Assembly: GCA_965242925.1 (NCBI GenBank)
Contig: CBDEUM010000014.1
Span: 224,001-288,000 of the forward strand
Source: Roseibacillus sp.
GTDB lineage: Bacteria > Verrucomicrobiota > Verrucomicrobiia > Verrucomicrobiales > Akkermansiaceae
Length of the DNA stretch: 64,000 nucleotides
Direction: 5' to 3'
Part shown: in pieces, positions 38,901 to 47,692 of the stretch
Position numbering within the stretch: the first letter of the stretch is position 1
Layout of the letters: each line of letters begins with the position of its first letter
Notes under the pieces: generated by a model
The model's input: the letters and a program-made list of their open reading frames with translations, nothing else
Databases searched by the model: none
Told to the model about the DNA's origin: nothing
Translations under genes and position numbers: made by a program

Positions 38901-40468
38901 AGGGGTTTCACCGCCCTGCGATCCCCGATCCGGCCCAGGGCCATCGCTGCCAGTCGGCTTTGGTGGGCATCACCACCAAGCAGGCGGGTCAACGGCTCCA
39001 CCGCGACTGGATCGCGCCACAGCCCCACACTGTGGATCGCGGCCGCGCACACATCAGCACTTCCATCGCTGAGAAATTCCCGCACCACCGCTCGCGCCGC
39101 CTGCCCCGGGATCCGGTGCAGGGCCCAGAGGGCGGGGATTCGGGCTTTGGCCGTGCGCAATTCATCGATGTTTCCCTCCTTGGCAAGGGCATCGATGGCC
39201 AGCTTGACCACCGCAGGTCGACCATCAGAAAGCCAGCTGACTTCAGGTTTACCCCAGTCCAGTTCGAGGCCCCGGGAGTTTCCGGGCGGGAGCGCCCCCT
39301 TTCTTTGGACCCGATAAATGGCGCCCAGGACATGGGGCTTGGCCACCTTCGAGGTCGGGCAACAGATCATGTACCAACTGCCCGTATCCGCCACGAGGAG
39401 ACTGCCATCCGCATCTTCAATCACATCAGTGGGATGAAAATCGGTCTGATCACTCTCAAGAAAAACGCTCGTCTCTGCGGAGTAGGTCGATCCGGACCGG
39501 GACAGCCTGTGCCTCGACAGGCGTCGCAGGTTGAAGTCGGCGCAAAGCAAATCACCCCGGAAACCGAGCACATCACTTACAGGCATCACGATCCCCGATG
39601 GAGCCGCGGGACCCATTTGGGCAAGAATCGGCAGCAACCCTCCCGAACTGGGATGTGGTGCGAGCACGCGATCGTTCTTCTTGCCGTAGATCCCTCCATG
39701 GACGGCATGGAGAATGCCGTCCCGTTTCCCGGGACCGGACAGGTCAAAAAAGGTGCCGCTCAAGAACCGCTCCCCCGTCCTGCTGAATGCCAGCCCCACG
39801 GGATTGTTCATTCCCCCTGTAATCACCACTTCCAGGCCGCTGCCGTCGGGTCTGGCGCGATAGACATGTGCGGCGCTTGATTTAAACGTCCTCCCATTAC
39901 CGAGCACATGGCTCTGCGGAGAAAACGCGCCCTTGCACCAGTAGAAATATCCGTCCGTCCCCAGATAGGGTCCGTGCAGATCGTTGCCGCAACCTTCGAT
40001 TGATCCACCGTCGAACCAGACCGTCCGCTCATCGGCCGCGTGATCTCCATTCGTATCGCGAAGTTTCCAGATATGTGGAGGGGCCCCCACATAAACCGCG
40101 CCCTGATGCACGAGGATGCCCTCCGGAAAAGGGAGGCGCTCGGCAAAGACGGTCGATCGATCAAAGACACCATCGCCATCCTGATCGACCAACCGCAACA
40201 CCCGATGACTTGGGTTCTTGAGTTGAGCAGGGGCCTTATCCGTGTTCCCGGAGCTATCCGTGACGTAGAGTACGCCATTCTCATCGAAGCACATGTGAAT
40301 GGGCCTCTGCACAAGGGGCGGCGCAGCGACCAGCTTCAAGGTGTAGCCGTCGGGAATGGTAAATGTATGCGGAGAGAACGTGACTTTCTTGGCGTTCAGC
40401 AGGGACGAACAGAGGATCAGAACCTGCAAACCCAGACATGCGCGTAAGAAATTCGGCAAGGATTTCAT
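35957..40468 (-). CDS. PVC-type heme-binding (CxxCH) protein fused to a LamG-containing N,N-dimethylformamidase beta-subunit-like domain
   Basis: FTIPDGYTLKLVAAPP, FHPTDV, HEAT repeats, CITCH...GPDLT...SLMP; then YAQKSIAAGEEIEFRVS, LamG (WHHLVGCWDG, YNGDIAMCAIYDRALS), NTWLAYN, GHSEYWS, SGNTMFWRV, GQVFHTGSI. Confidence 0.82.
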   Translation of the reverse strand: MKSLPNFLRACLGLQVLILCSSLLNAKKVTFSPHTFTIPDGYTLKLVAAPPLVQRPIHMCFDENGVLYVTDSSGNTDKAPAQLKNPSHRVLRLVDQDGDGVFDRSTVFAERLPFPEGILVHQGAVYVGAPPHIWKLRDTNGDHAADERTVWFDGGSIEGCGNDLHGPYLGTDGYFYWCKGAFSPQSHVLGNGRTFKSSAAHVYRARPDGSGLEVVITGGMNNPVGLAFSRTGERFLSGTFFDLSGPGKRDGILHAVHGGIYGKKNDRVLAPHPSSGGLLPILAQMGPAAPSGIVMPVSDVLGFRGDLLCADFNLRRLSRHRLSRSGSTYSAETSVFLESDQTDFHPTDVIEDADGSLLVADTGSWYMICCPTSKVAKPHVLGAIYRVQRKGALPPGNSRGLELDWGKPEVSWLSDGRPAVVKLAIDALAKEGNIDELRTAKARIPALWALHRIPGQAARAVVREFLSDGSADVCAAAIHSVGLWRDPVAVEPLTRLLGGDAHQSRLAAMALGRIGDRRAVKPLVAASSKKMDAFLRHAIIYALYEIGDTRSLSEDDPLGRQVRLMHELGEADPAPQAMPRIQLADAVESDPEAAALQQTRLKELSALLPEGDPDRGEKLFHNASKSLCITCHVMGDQGVKFGPDLTGIGSIRSEQDLLEAIVYPSSSIARYYELVKVQTRKGETGGLILRDTVDKMVLAPAPGLEHSVPIRDIKAAKYSNISLMPRVFDGLLKPGEIADLVAYLKAAKLPAAFASTEGNAGKEQEIPPHQPVDLPGLHAYAQKSIAAGEEIEFRVSSSVPYDLSVVQLGQDPESRDKDPVLQTFRVEQPQAQAIHPGSYVHVAKALPVERRLSQLTLECWIRPFKLTGWQGLITQHDYPERCGVGLFLSEGRIVFGTGAGGAYDQAAFHQTEPGLIKAQQWHHLVGCWDGKKKRVYVDGKLVAEFPFAGTVRPGETALRIGAYGQKGTAVNFYNGDIAMCAIYDRALSEDQIRKRFSGRGLSVPRDDRLLACWPFTEERGVEVADTSDFGRNGRIINRGTWMIGGPTFDAAAIGRHDTAYDPTKDARRGHGLRLATDEIYNARWKVSHRFRVPAHAKSGVYAGRFDFQLNGKPMRYHASFIVRRPEARPKAPLLVLVSSNTWLAYNSTPFPVNHGPGLVNMGTGGLGNSHPGAPSYSCYSDHHNGQPTYKIGMKVPWPAGGPNKTYIGGGYSHLLRGERFLHLWLDDHGYHYDVITDHDLDRHPEILNGYKAVCINGHSEYWSSRAYDGLDNYLKAGGAAVVMSGNTMFWRVSFDDSGEVMECRKFGKSIGGRARAKVGELYHSHDFKRGSLMRFCGYPAWKLVGLTCAGWGGLNFKPYHADLPDHFLFNKPHKIDLQEGDPFGFVNKSIGAVGHEYDVRLSTLLRATRNPALKGLAEPKGIVTIASSQDKRNILDFNAEAHRPRAGDEQTIAEIIYWERPEGGQVFHTGSIATAWAMYHDKALSALVRNVLHHFGVEPKRQP

Positions 40469-40531
40469 GCTGACAATTTTGCGCAAATAAGGAGGATGTT
40501 ATAAATTCAATGTCCTGCGGGATCGACCGGC

Positions 40532-41773
40532 TCAGCGGCCAAAGGACCAGAGGGTGAGCCGGTTGAGATCCTTGATGAGAAGCTGATTATCGAGGAGGAC
40601 CGGAGGGGCCCAGCTCTGGTCGGGTGCGACCCGGTAGGCCGCCCGGGCCCGGTAGCCCGCCGGATCAGCCGCAATGATGCGGAGCTCCCCATTGGCCCGG
40701 AGGGCCGCGACATGACCCTGGAGGGCGAGAAAAGCCACGTTCTGCCCAATCCTCCCTTCGCTGAGCCAGCGGATTGCACCATCCCGGGGATCGAGACAGA
40801 AGATCTGTCCCATCTTGAAATGCGACATCCCGTAGAGGTGGTCGCCGTTGATGACCGCGGTGCTCATGTCGAGGGCCACCTTCCGCTGGTGCCAGAGCCG
40901 GTTCACCGACCACTTGCCGTCCTTGAGCACGGGTTCCAGGCACTTGATCCCCCGGTTCTCCCCTCCGAGCAGGATCCGTCCCTCATGAAAGACGGGTGTG
41001 GGCATGTTCTGGTTATGACTGCGGTGCGGGGCGGGATACTCCCAAAGCAGCTTCCCGGTCCTGCTTTCCACTCCGGCGAGGGTCTCGTGGTTCCACTGCA
41101 CCACCTGCCGCACTCCCGCGATCTCCACCAGAAGCGGCGAGGAATACGAGGTGCCATGCTCGCCCTGCTTCCACACTTCCCTGCCGGATTTCACATCAAA
41201 GGCCATGAGCGCGCCAGCCCCGTCATTGCCAAGGTGCACGATGAGACGATCCCTGTCCACGATGGGCGACGTAGCTACGCCCCAGTTGGGCTTGTTTCCC
41301 TTCTCCCACTTCCCACCGTAATCCTTGCGCCAGAGCAGGCTCCCACTTTCGGCATCCCAAGCGTGAATCACCCCGGTGATACTCAAGGTGAAGAGGCGTC
41401 CGTCCGCGAGTACCGGGCAGGACTTGGGCCCCTTGCCATGCCGCTCCCCTCCCCCGCCCATCTTGAAAGGGGTGGGATAACTTTTGCGCCACACCTTCTT
41501 CCCACTCTCCAGGTCAAGGCACCAAAGCACCTCTTCCTCCCCCTCACGGGCATGCTGGTAGACGCGCTTCCCGGCCACCAGGGGCGTGCCATAACCCGTC
41601 CCCACTTCCACGCTCCAACCCTTCTTCAACTGCTTCGGCCAGCGGACCGGAACCTTGAAGTGGTCCACCCACCCGTTGCGTTGGGGGCCGAGCAGCCCCG
41701 GCCACACGAGTTCAGCGGCAGGGAGGACCGGAGTGAGGGACCCTGCGAGGGCGAGCAACAGGAAAGGTCTCAT
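40532..41773 (-). CDS. PQQ-binding-like beta-propeller repeat protein (PVC BamB-like family)
   Basis: WPGLLGPQRNG, GYGTP, GPKSCP, SYSSP, WAPPV motifs; signal peptide. Confidence 0.85.
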   Translation of the reverse strand: MRPFLLLALAGSLTPVLPAAELVWPGLLGPQRNGWVDHFKVPVRWPKQLKKGWSVEVGTGYGTPLVAGKRVYQHAREGEEEVLWCLDLESGKKVWRKSYPTPFKMGGGGERHGKGPKSCPVLADGRLFTLSITGVIHAWDAESGSLLWRKDYGGKWEKGNKPNWGVATSPIVDRDRLIVHLGNDGAGALMAFDVKSGREVWKQGEHGTSYSSPLLVEIAGVRQVVQWNHETLAGVESRTGKLLWEYPAPHRSHNQNMPTPVFHEGRILLGGENRGIKCLEPVLKDGKWSVNRLWHQRKVALDMSTAVINGDHLYGMSHFKMGQIFCLDPRDGAIRWLSEGRIGQNVAFLALQGHVAALRANGELRIIAADPAGYRARAAYRVAPDQSWAPPVLLDNQLLIKDLNRLTLWSFGR

Positions 41774-42067
41774 GGCCCTTTCCTCCTAGGGCATCCGCCC
41801 GCATAGCGCGAGTGTCAAGTTGCCTGCTCCGGCCTCCAGGCCGGGGCAACAGCAGGGCCCGCCGAAAAGAAACTGGGAATGTGCTTTTGCCATCGGCTTG
41901 CGGCCTTCCCTGGGTCAGGATTCGTTCATGATCAGGAAAGGCCCTGCCCTCCGGGAACGCCCCCGCAAGGGACACATCGGCTTCCAGAATCTCAGCCGCG
42001 GAGGCTCCACCGTTCTTATCCTTAACGCACGAATCAAGCTACCGAAGTAACCACGGGCCTCTCCCTC

Positions 42068-42907
42068 ATGAATTCCCTCCCCATCGGCGTATTTGACTCC
42101 GGCATCGGCGGGCTCACGGTGGTCAACGCCATCCAGGAGCACCTCCCCAACGAGGATATCGTCTACGTCGGCGACACCGCCCGCGTCCCCTACGGGTCCC
42201 GCAGTCCGGGCACGGTCACCGAATACGCCACCCAGATCGCGGCCCACCTTGAGCACATCGGCGTGAAGGAGATTCTTATTGCCTGCAACACAGCTTCCGC
42301 AGTCGCCCTTGAGGCGGTGGCCGCCCGGACCTCCCTCCCGGTCTCCGGGGTGATCACACCCGGTGCCGAGGCCGCGCTGGAACTCAGCGGTTCCGCCCCC
42401 ATCGGGGTCATTGCCACCCGGGCCACCATCACGAGCGAGGCCTACCGCAGTGCCATCCAACGGCTTAATCCCGCCGCCGAGGTGGTATCGGTAGCCACTC
42501 CCCTGCTGGTCCCCCTGATCGAGGAGGACTGCATGGATGAACCCTTCGCCCCGGACATCCTGCAACACTACTTTGAGCCCACCCGCCTCCATGCGTGCGA
42601 CACCCTCATCCTGGGCTGTACCCACTATCCCCTCCTGGCAGATCAAATCGCCCGGGTCTTCGGCAAGCCTGTCGTCGACACTCCCACCGCCACCGCCCTC
42701 ACCCTGGCAAAGAGCCTGGACCAGAGGAACACTCGCAACGAATCAGACGGGGCAGGCTCTCTCTCCGTTCTCCTGACCGACGACGCCGATCGCTCCCTCG
42801 GAATCGTGTCGCGCCGCCTGGGAGTGCGCATCACGGAAACGAGCAGGGTCGACCTCTCCGAACTCGCGGCACCAGAAACCAGACCGCCCGACTCACCCAG
42901 CGCATGA
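42068..42907 (+). CDS. murI: Glutamate racemase
   Basis: PIGVFDSGIGGLTV, DTARVPYG, IACNTAS, LGCTHYP. Confidence 0.96.
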   Translation: MNSLPIGVFDSGIGGLTVVNAIQEHLPNEDIVYVGDTARVPYGSRSPGTVTEYATQIAAHLEHIGVKEILIACNTASAVALEAVAARTSLPVSGVITPGAEAALELSGSAPIGVIATRATITSEAYRSAIQRLNPAAEVVSVATPLLVPLIEEDCMDEPFAPDILQHYFEPTRLHACDTLILGCTHYPLLADQIARVFGKPVVDTPTATALTLAKSLDQRNTRNESDGAGSLSVLLTDDADRSLGIVSRRLGVRITETSRVDLSELAAPETRPPDSPSA

Positions 42908-44781
42908 AACAACTTCTTATCACCTTCCTGGCACTATTTGCCTTTTCCCTCTCAGCAAAGGAAACGCCGAACCTGGTCCTCATTTTCATTGATGACATGG
43001 GCTATGGCGATATTGGCCCCTACGGCTCCAAACTCAACCGCACACCAAACCTCGACCGCATGGCCAGGGAGGGCCGTAAGCTCACCAGTTTCTATGCCGC
43101 CCCGGTTTGCTCGGCCTCGCGCGCGCAATTGATGACCGGTTGTTATGCGCCACGCGTGGGTGTCCCCGGCGTATTTTTTCCTGCCGGTCGCAACGGGCTC
43201 AACCCCGATGAACACACCGTGGCCGATTACCTCAAGGACCTGGGCTACGCCACCATGTGTGTAGGCAAATGGCATCTGGGGGATCAACGGGAGTTTTTAC
43301 CTACACGCCAGGGTTTTGATGGCTACTTTGGCATCCCCTACTCCAATGACATGGGCCGCACCGCCACAGCCAATGGCAAGCGGGTTCATCCTCTGATGCG
43401 GGACGAAAAAGTGGCTGCGTTACTCGAGGATGAAGGCCAGCGGCGCGTCACCCGTGAATACACCGAGGAAGCGGTGAAATTCATTGAGACCAGCAGCAAG
43501 GCGGACAGAAACTTTTTCCTCTACCTGCCCCACACCGCCATGCATGTGCCGCTCTATCCTCATCCGGATTTTGTCGGCAAATCCAGGAATGGCACCTACG
43601 GCGACTGGGTGGAGGAAGTCGACTGGAGTGTGGGACAGCTACTCAAAACCCTGGAACGACTGCAGATCGAAAAGAATACCTTTGTCCTCTTTACCAGTGA
43701 CAACGGCCCGTGGGCTTCCAAGGGCAAGGCCGGGGGGGTATCCGGCCCCTTGCGCGGCAGCAAGGGGTGCACGCTGGAAGGTGGCGTGCGCGAACCCACC
43801 ATCGCCTGGTGGCCCGGCACCATTGCCCCCGGCACTGAATCTGCCGGCATCGCCGGCACCACCGATGTGCTCCCCACCTTCGTTTCACTGGCTGGCGGCA
43901 AAGTCAGAAAAGACATCAAGATTGATGGAATGGACGTATCGACGTGGATGCTCGGCAAAACCGAAACGTCCCCACGTAATACCTGGCATTATTTTCAGGG
44001 CACCAAATTGCAGGCGATCCGGCAGGGGCCATGGAAACTGGCTCTCACCGGTCAATCCCTCGGCATGGGAATTCGCCAGCGCGATGCGGACCTGGCCAGG
44101 GGAGGCCGCCTCTACAACCTGGAAAAAGAAATCGGCGAAATAACCGACCTCGCGGAAGAGAACCCCGCCATCGTCGGAAAACTGGAAAAAATGGCGACGC
44201 AAATCACCGCCGACATTTCCGCCAATAAACGACCAGCGGGGACGGTGCAGAATCCGGTAACGCTTTATCCCACCACCAGCCGCAAGCGACCTGCCAGAAA
44301 AACCAGGAAGCCGGTCAAGCCCATCAACTGGGACAAGGCCAAACTGGGTGACACCTACGCCAGCACCTCGTTACCCGACATGGCCGGCAAACCCTTCACT
44401 ATTCAGATCACCGTGAAAATTGAGCCCGGCAAAACCCCCAATGGCATCATCCTGGCCCATGGGGGCTCCGCGGTGGGTTACGCACTCTACGCCAAGGATG
44501 GCAATCTGATCTTTGCCCTCCGCCTCGGCACAACCGCCGTGCAAAAAATCGCATTTGGCTCACCGGGAGAAAAAATGGAGATCACCGCCTCCCTCACCAG
44601 GGAAAAGTTCTCAATCCAAGTTGGTGAGAAATCTGTCGAAGCAAAATCGCACGGTCTTCTAAACAAGCACCCGCAGGAGAATCTCTGTATCGGTCATGAT
44701 GATGCGAATCCGGTGGACCCCGAAGCCCCAGGGAGCCGTATCAACGGCGTGCTCTCGAACCTGCAGATGACCATCAAGTAA
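42904..44781 (+). CDS. Sulfatase (formylglycine-dependent) with C-terminal LamG-like extension
   Basis: PNLVLIFIDDMGYGD, CSASR, GKWHLG, TSDNG, EGGVREP. ATG 42904 overlaps the murI stop. Confidence 0.92.
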   Translation: MKQLLITFLALFAFSLSAKETPNLVLIFIDDMGYGDIGPYGSKLNRTPNLDRMAREGRKLTSFYAAPVCSASRAQLMTGCYAPRVGVPGVFFPAGRNGLNPDEHTVADYLKDLGYATMCVGKWHLGDQREFLPTRQGFDGYFGIPYSNDMGRTATANGKRVHPLMRDEKVAALLEDEGQRRVTREYTEEAVKFIETSSKADRNFFLYLPHTAMHVPLYPHPDFVGKSRNGTYGDWVEEVDWSVGQLLKTLERLQIEKNTFVLFTSDNGPWASKGKAGGVSGPLRGSKGCTLEGGVREPTIAWWPGTIAPGTESAGIAGTTDVLPTFVSLAGGKVRKDIKIDGMDVSTWMLGKTETSPRNTWHYFQGTKLQAIRQGPWKLALTGQSLGMGIRQRDADLARGGRLYNLEKEIGEITDLAEENPAIVGKLEKMATQITADISANKRPAGTVQNPVTLYPTTSRKRPARKTRKPVKPINWDKAKLGDTYASTSLPDMAGKPFTIQITVKIEPGKTPNGIILAHGGSAVGYALYAKDGNLIFALRLGTTAVQKIAFGSPGEKMEITASLTREKFSIQVGEKSVEAKSHGLLNKHPQENLCIGHDDANPVDPEAPGSRINGVLSNLQMTIK

Positions 44782-44793
44782 TCTGTTCAATTC

Positions 44794-46407
44794 GTGAAAG
44801 TCACCCTTCTTGCCCTTCTCGTGTTCCTGCTGCCCCTCACGGTAGTCGGGGGGAAACGGAAACAGCCGGATATCGTTGTGATCCTGGCCGATGATGCCGG
44901 CTACTCGGATTTCGGCTGTTATGGTGGTGAGATCGAGACGCCGGTTCTGGACAAGCTTGCCGCCAATGGCCTGCGCTTTTCCCAGTTTTACAACACCGGT
45001 CGCTGTTGTCCCTCGCGTGCTGCGTTGCTTACCGGGGTTTACCAGCACCAGGCGGGCATGGGCCATATGGCCAGGGACCGGGGTATTCCCAGCTACAGCG
45101 GCACCATCCTGCCCCATGTGCCGACTCTGTCCGAGCGCCTGAAGAAGGGCGGCTACCGCACCATGATGACCGGTAAGTGGCACCTTGGCACTGAGCCCGC
45201 CCAATCGCCGGTAGCCCGCGGCTTTGACCGCTTTTACGGCACGCGCAACTTTATTGATTCCTACTTTACCGTTCTCAAGCATTGCCAGGTCTTCCTGGAT
45301 GACAAGGAGGTGCTGCCCGGCACCGAGACCCCCACCAACCATCTGCACCCGGAACAGGAGTGGTACACCACGGACGTCTTCACTGACTATGCCCTGCATT
45401 TCATGGACGAAGCCTTTGAGAAGCACGCCGACCAGCCCCTTTTCCTCTATCTGGCCTACAACGCGCCCCATTTTCCACTGCACGCACGGGACGAGGACAC
45501 GAGGAAATACCGCGGCCGCTTTCGGGACGTGGGCTGGGACAAACTTCGCCAGGAGCGGTACACCCGGATGGTGAAGCTGGGACTGATCAAAAAAGAATGG
45601 GCGCTCTCGCCATTGGACGTTCCCAGGTGGGAAACCTACGATGCCAAGCTGCGTGATGAGCTGGATTTCAAGATGGCACTCTACTCCGCCATCATTGACC
45701 GGATGGATCAGAATATTGGCCGTATCGTGGAAAAACTGAAGTCGGCAGGGCGACTGGAAAACACCTTGATTCTGTTCATGGTCGATAACGGGGTGCCCGG
45801 TACGGGCGTGCACGATTGGCGCGGCCTCTCCGCCAAGAGTGGCAAGCATCCCGAAACCCGCGTGGACAATTACGCAGAGTGGGCGAGGCGGGGAGGCTGG
45901 TCCTCGAGTTCCGGGCGCGGCTGGGCCAACCTGAGTAACGCCCCCTTCCGGATGTACAAGCGCTACACCCACGAGGGCGGAGTGGCCACCCCGCTGATCG
46001 TGCACTGGCCGGACGAGGTCAAGGCCAGGGGGGAACTCCGCCACGCGCCCGGTCACTTGATCGATGTCGCACCCACCTGTCTTGCAGTAGCGGGATTGCC
46101 GGCCGAAGGCATGGAGGGAAAGAGTTTATTGCCTGTTTTTGCAGGGGAGAAGAAACAGGACCGCACGCTTTTCTGGGAGCACGAGGGCAACCGTGCGGTG
46201 CGCAGGGGAAACTACAAGCTGGTCGCCATCCATGACACTCCCTGGGAGCTCTATGACATGAGCAGGGACCGCAGTGAATTGAACGACCTCTCCAGTGCCA
46301 TGCCCGGGAAGGTTAAGGAATTACAACGTGCTTACGAGGCCTGGGCCAGGCGCGTGGGCGCAAAGCCATGGAATGAAGTGAACGTGAAGAAGAAAAAGAA
46401 GAAATGA
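44794..46407 (+). CDS. Arylsulfatase
   Basis: ILADDAGYSD, CCPSRAALLTG, GKWHLG, APHFPLHA, HEGGVATP, WEHEGNRAVR. Confidence 0.92.
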   Translation: MKVTLLALLVFLLPLTVVGGKRKQPDIVVILADDAGYSDFGCYGGEIETPVLDKLAANGLRFSQFYNTGRCCPSRAALLTGVYQHQAGMGHMARDRGIPSYSGTILPHVPTLSERLKKGGYRTMMTGKWHLGTEPAQSPVARGFDRFYGTRNFIDSYFTVLKHCQVFLDDKEVLPGTETPTNHLHPEQEWYTTDVFTDYALHFMDEAFEKHADQPLFLYLAYNAPHFPLHARDEDTRKYRGRFRDVGWDKLRQERYTRMVKLGLIKKEWALSPLDVPRWETYDAKLRDELDFKMALYSAIIDRMDQNIGRIVEKLKSAGRLENTLILFMVDNGVPGTGVHDWRGLSAKSGKHPETRVDNYAEWARRGGWSSSSGRGWANLSNAPFRMYKRYTHEGGVATPLIVHWPDEVKARGELRHAPGHLIDVAPTCLAVAGLPAEGMEGKSLLPVFAGEKKQDRTLFWEHEGNRAVRRGNYKLVAIHDTPWELYDMSRDRSELNDLSSAMPGKVKELQRAYEAWARRVGAKPWNEVNVKKKKKK

Positions 46408-47615
46408 AAGTCCTTGTGGTTTTGCTGTGCGTAATCCTTGCCGGGTGCGGCAGGGAAAAACAGGATCGGCCAAATACCGAGGAGGAGGATCAGCCGTCGC
46501 GCACGCCCCAGGCTGAGAGAAAGAAGGCGGGCACACTTCTGTGGACTTTTGAAACGGATGGCTCAGTGCATTCATCCCCGGCGGTCGGTACCGACGGCAC
46601 CGTCTACGTGGGAGGGGGCAATTTCGTTTACGCTCTTGATGGTAAAACGGGGGCCAAAAAGTGGGAGTTTGAGGCGAACGGCGTGGTGAGATCTTCTCCG
46701 GCGCTCAGTGATGACGATACGGTTTACATCGGAGGGGGCAGGTATGTTTACGCTTTCGAGGGCAGGACAGGTGTCAAAAAGTGGGAGTTTGAGACGGGAA
46801 TACGAAAGTTAGAATCCGGACCGGAGTACTCGGGTGTGCATGGATCCCCGGCTGTTGGCCCTGACGGCACCATTTATATTGGAACACTGGCTGGTACATT
46901 CTATGCGATCGACGGCAAGGCTGGTATTAAGAAATGGGAAATCGACTTCGTGGCCCCGCTCGATACGTCTGCTGCGATCAGTCCGGATGGTATCGTCTAC
47001 ATTGGCGCTCCTGACAGCCATGTTTATGCACTTGAGGGCAAGACCGGAGAGCTTAAGTGGCATTGTGAAATCGACTTCGGGGTCGGGAATGGTTCCTCCC
47101 CTGCCATTGGCGCAGATGGCACCGTCTATGTGGGGGGGCAAAATGCTACTTATGCCCTCGACGGCAAGACCGGTGCCAGGAAATGGCAGTCTGTGAGGGC
47201 AAGTGGCGTTGTGTCTTCCCCGGCGGTTGGCCCCGATGGCGATGTTTACGTTGGGTCAGAGAATCACGAATTCTATCGACTCGACGGCAAGACCGGTGTT
47301 CCCAGGTGGCTCTTTGAAGCGGAATACTGGATCAAGTCGTCTCCAGCCATCGGTGATGATGATACCGTTTACTTTGGATCACAGGACCAAAAGATTTATG
47401 CGGCGGACCTCAGGACCGGTGCCAGGAAATGGGAGTTTGAAACCATGGGCGGCGTTGGTTCCTCGCCAGTCATTGGTCCGGATGGAATTCTTTATTTGGG
47501 GTCATACGATGATCAGGTATACGCCATCGCGACCTCAAGTTCAGGCTTGGCCAAGGGTTCCTGGCCGATGTTTGGTCAAAACCCCCAGCGCACCCGACGC
47601 GCATTGGAAAACTGA
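46404..47615 (+). CDS. Lipoprotein with PQQ-like beta-propeller repeats
   Basis: Lipobox LAGC; about 8 repeats of SSPAIGxDGTVYVG...YAxDGKTGxKKWEF; C-terminal WPMFGQNPQRT. Confidence 0.85.
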   Translation: MKVLVVLLCVILAGCGREKQDRPNTEEEDQPSRTPQAERKKAGTLLWTFETDGSVHSSPAVGTDGTVYVGGGNFVYALDGKTGAKKWEFEANGVVRSSPALSDDDTVYIGGGRYVYAFEGRTGVKKWEFETGIRKLESGPEYSGVHGSPAVGPDGTIYIGTLAGTFYAIDGKAGIKKWEIDFVAPLDTSAAISPDGIVYIGAPDSHVYALEGKTGELKWHCEIDFGVGNGSSPAIGADGTVYVGGQNATYALDGKTGARKWQSVRASGVVSSPAVGPDGDVYVGSENHEFYRLDGKTGVPRWLFEAEYWIKSSPAIGDDDTVYFGSQDQKIYAADLRTGARKWEFETMGGVGSSPVIGPDGILYLGSYDDQVYAIATSSSGLAKGSWPMFGQNPQRTRRALEN

Positions 47616-47692
47616 CAACTTCCGGTTGGCTACCGGGAGTGAGGCAAAGCAGAAAAACGCTGTCCTCATCCTGATGAAGGTTGATTTCATCA

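Noticed and set aside
46520..47540. DNA-level repeats (gacggcaagaccgg..., tgggagtttga) as an array
   Set aside because: They are the codons of in-frame beta-propeller blades.
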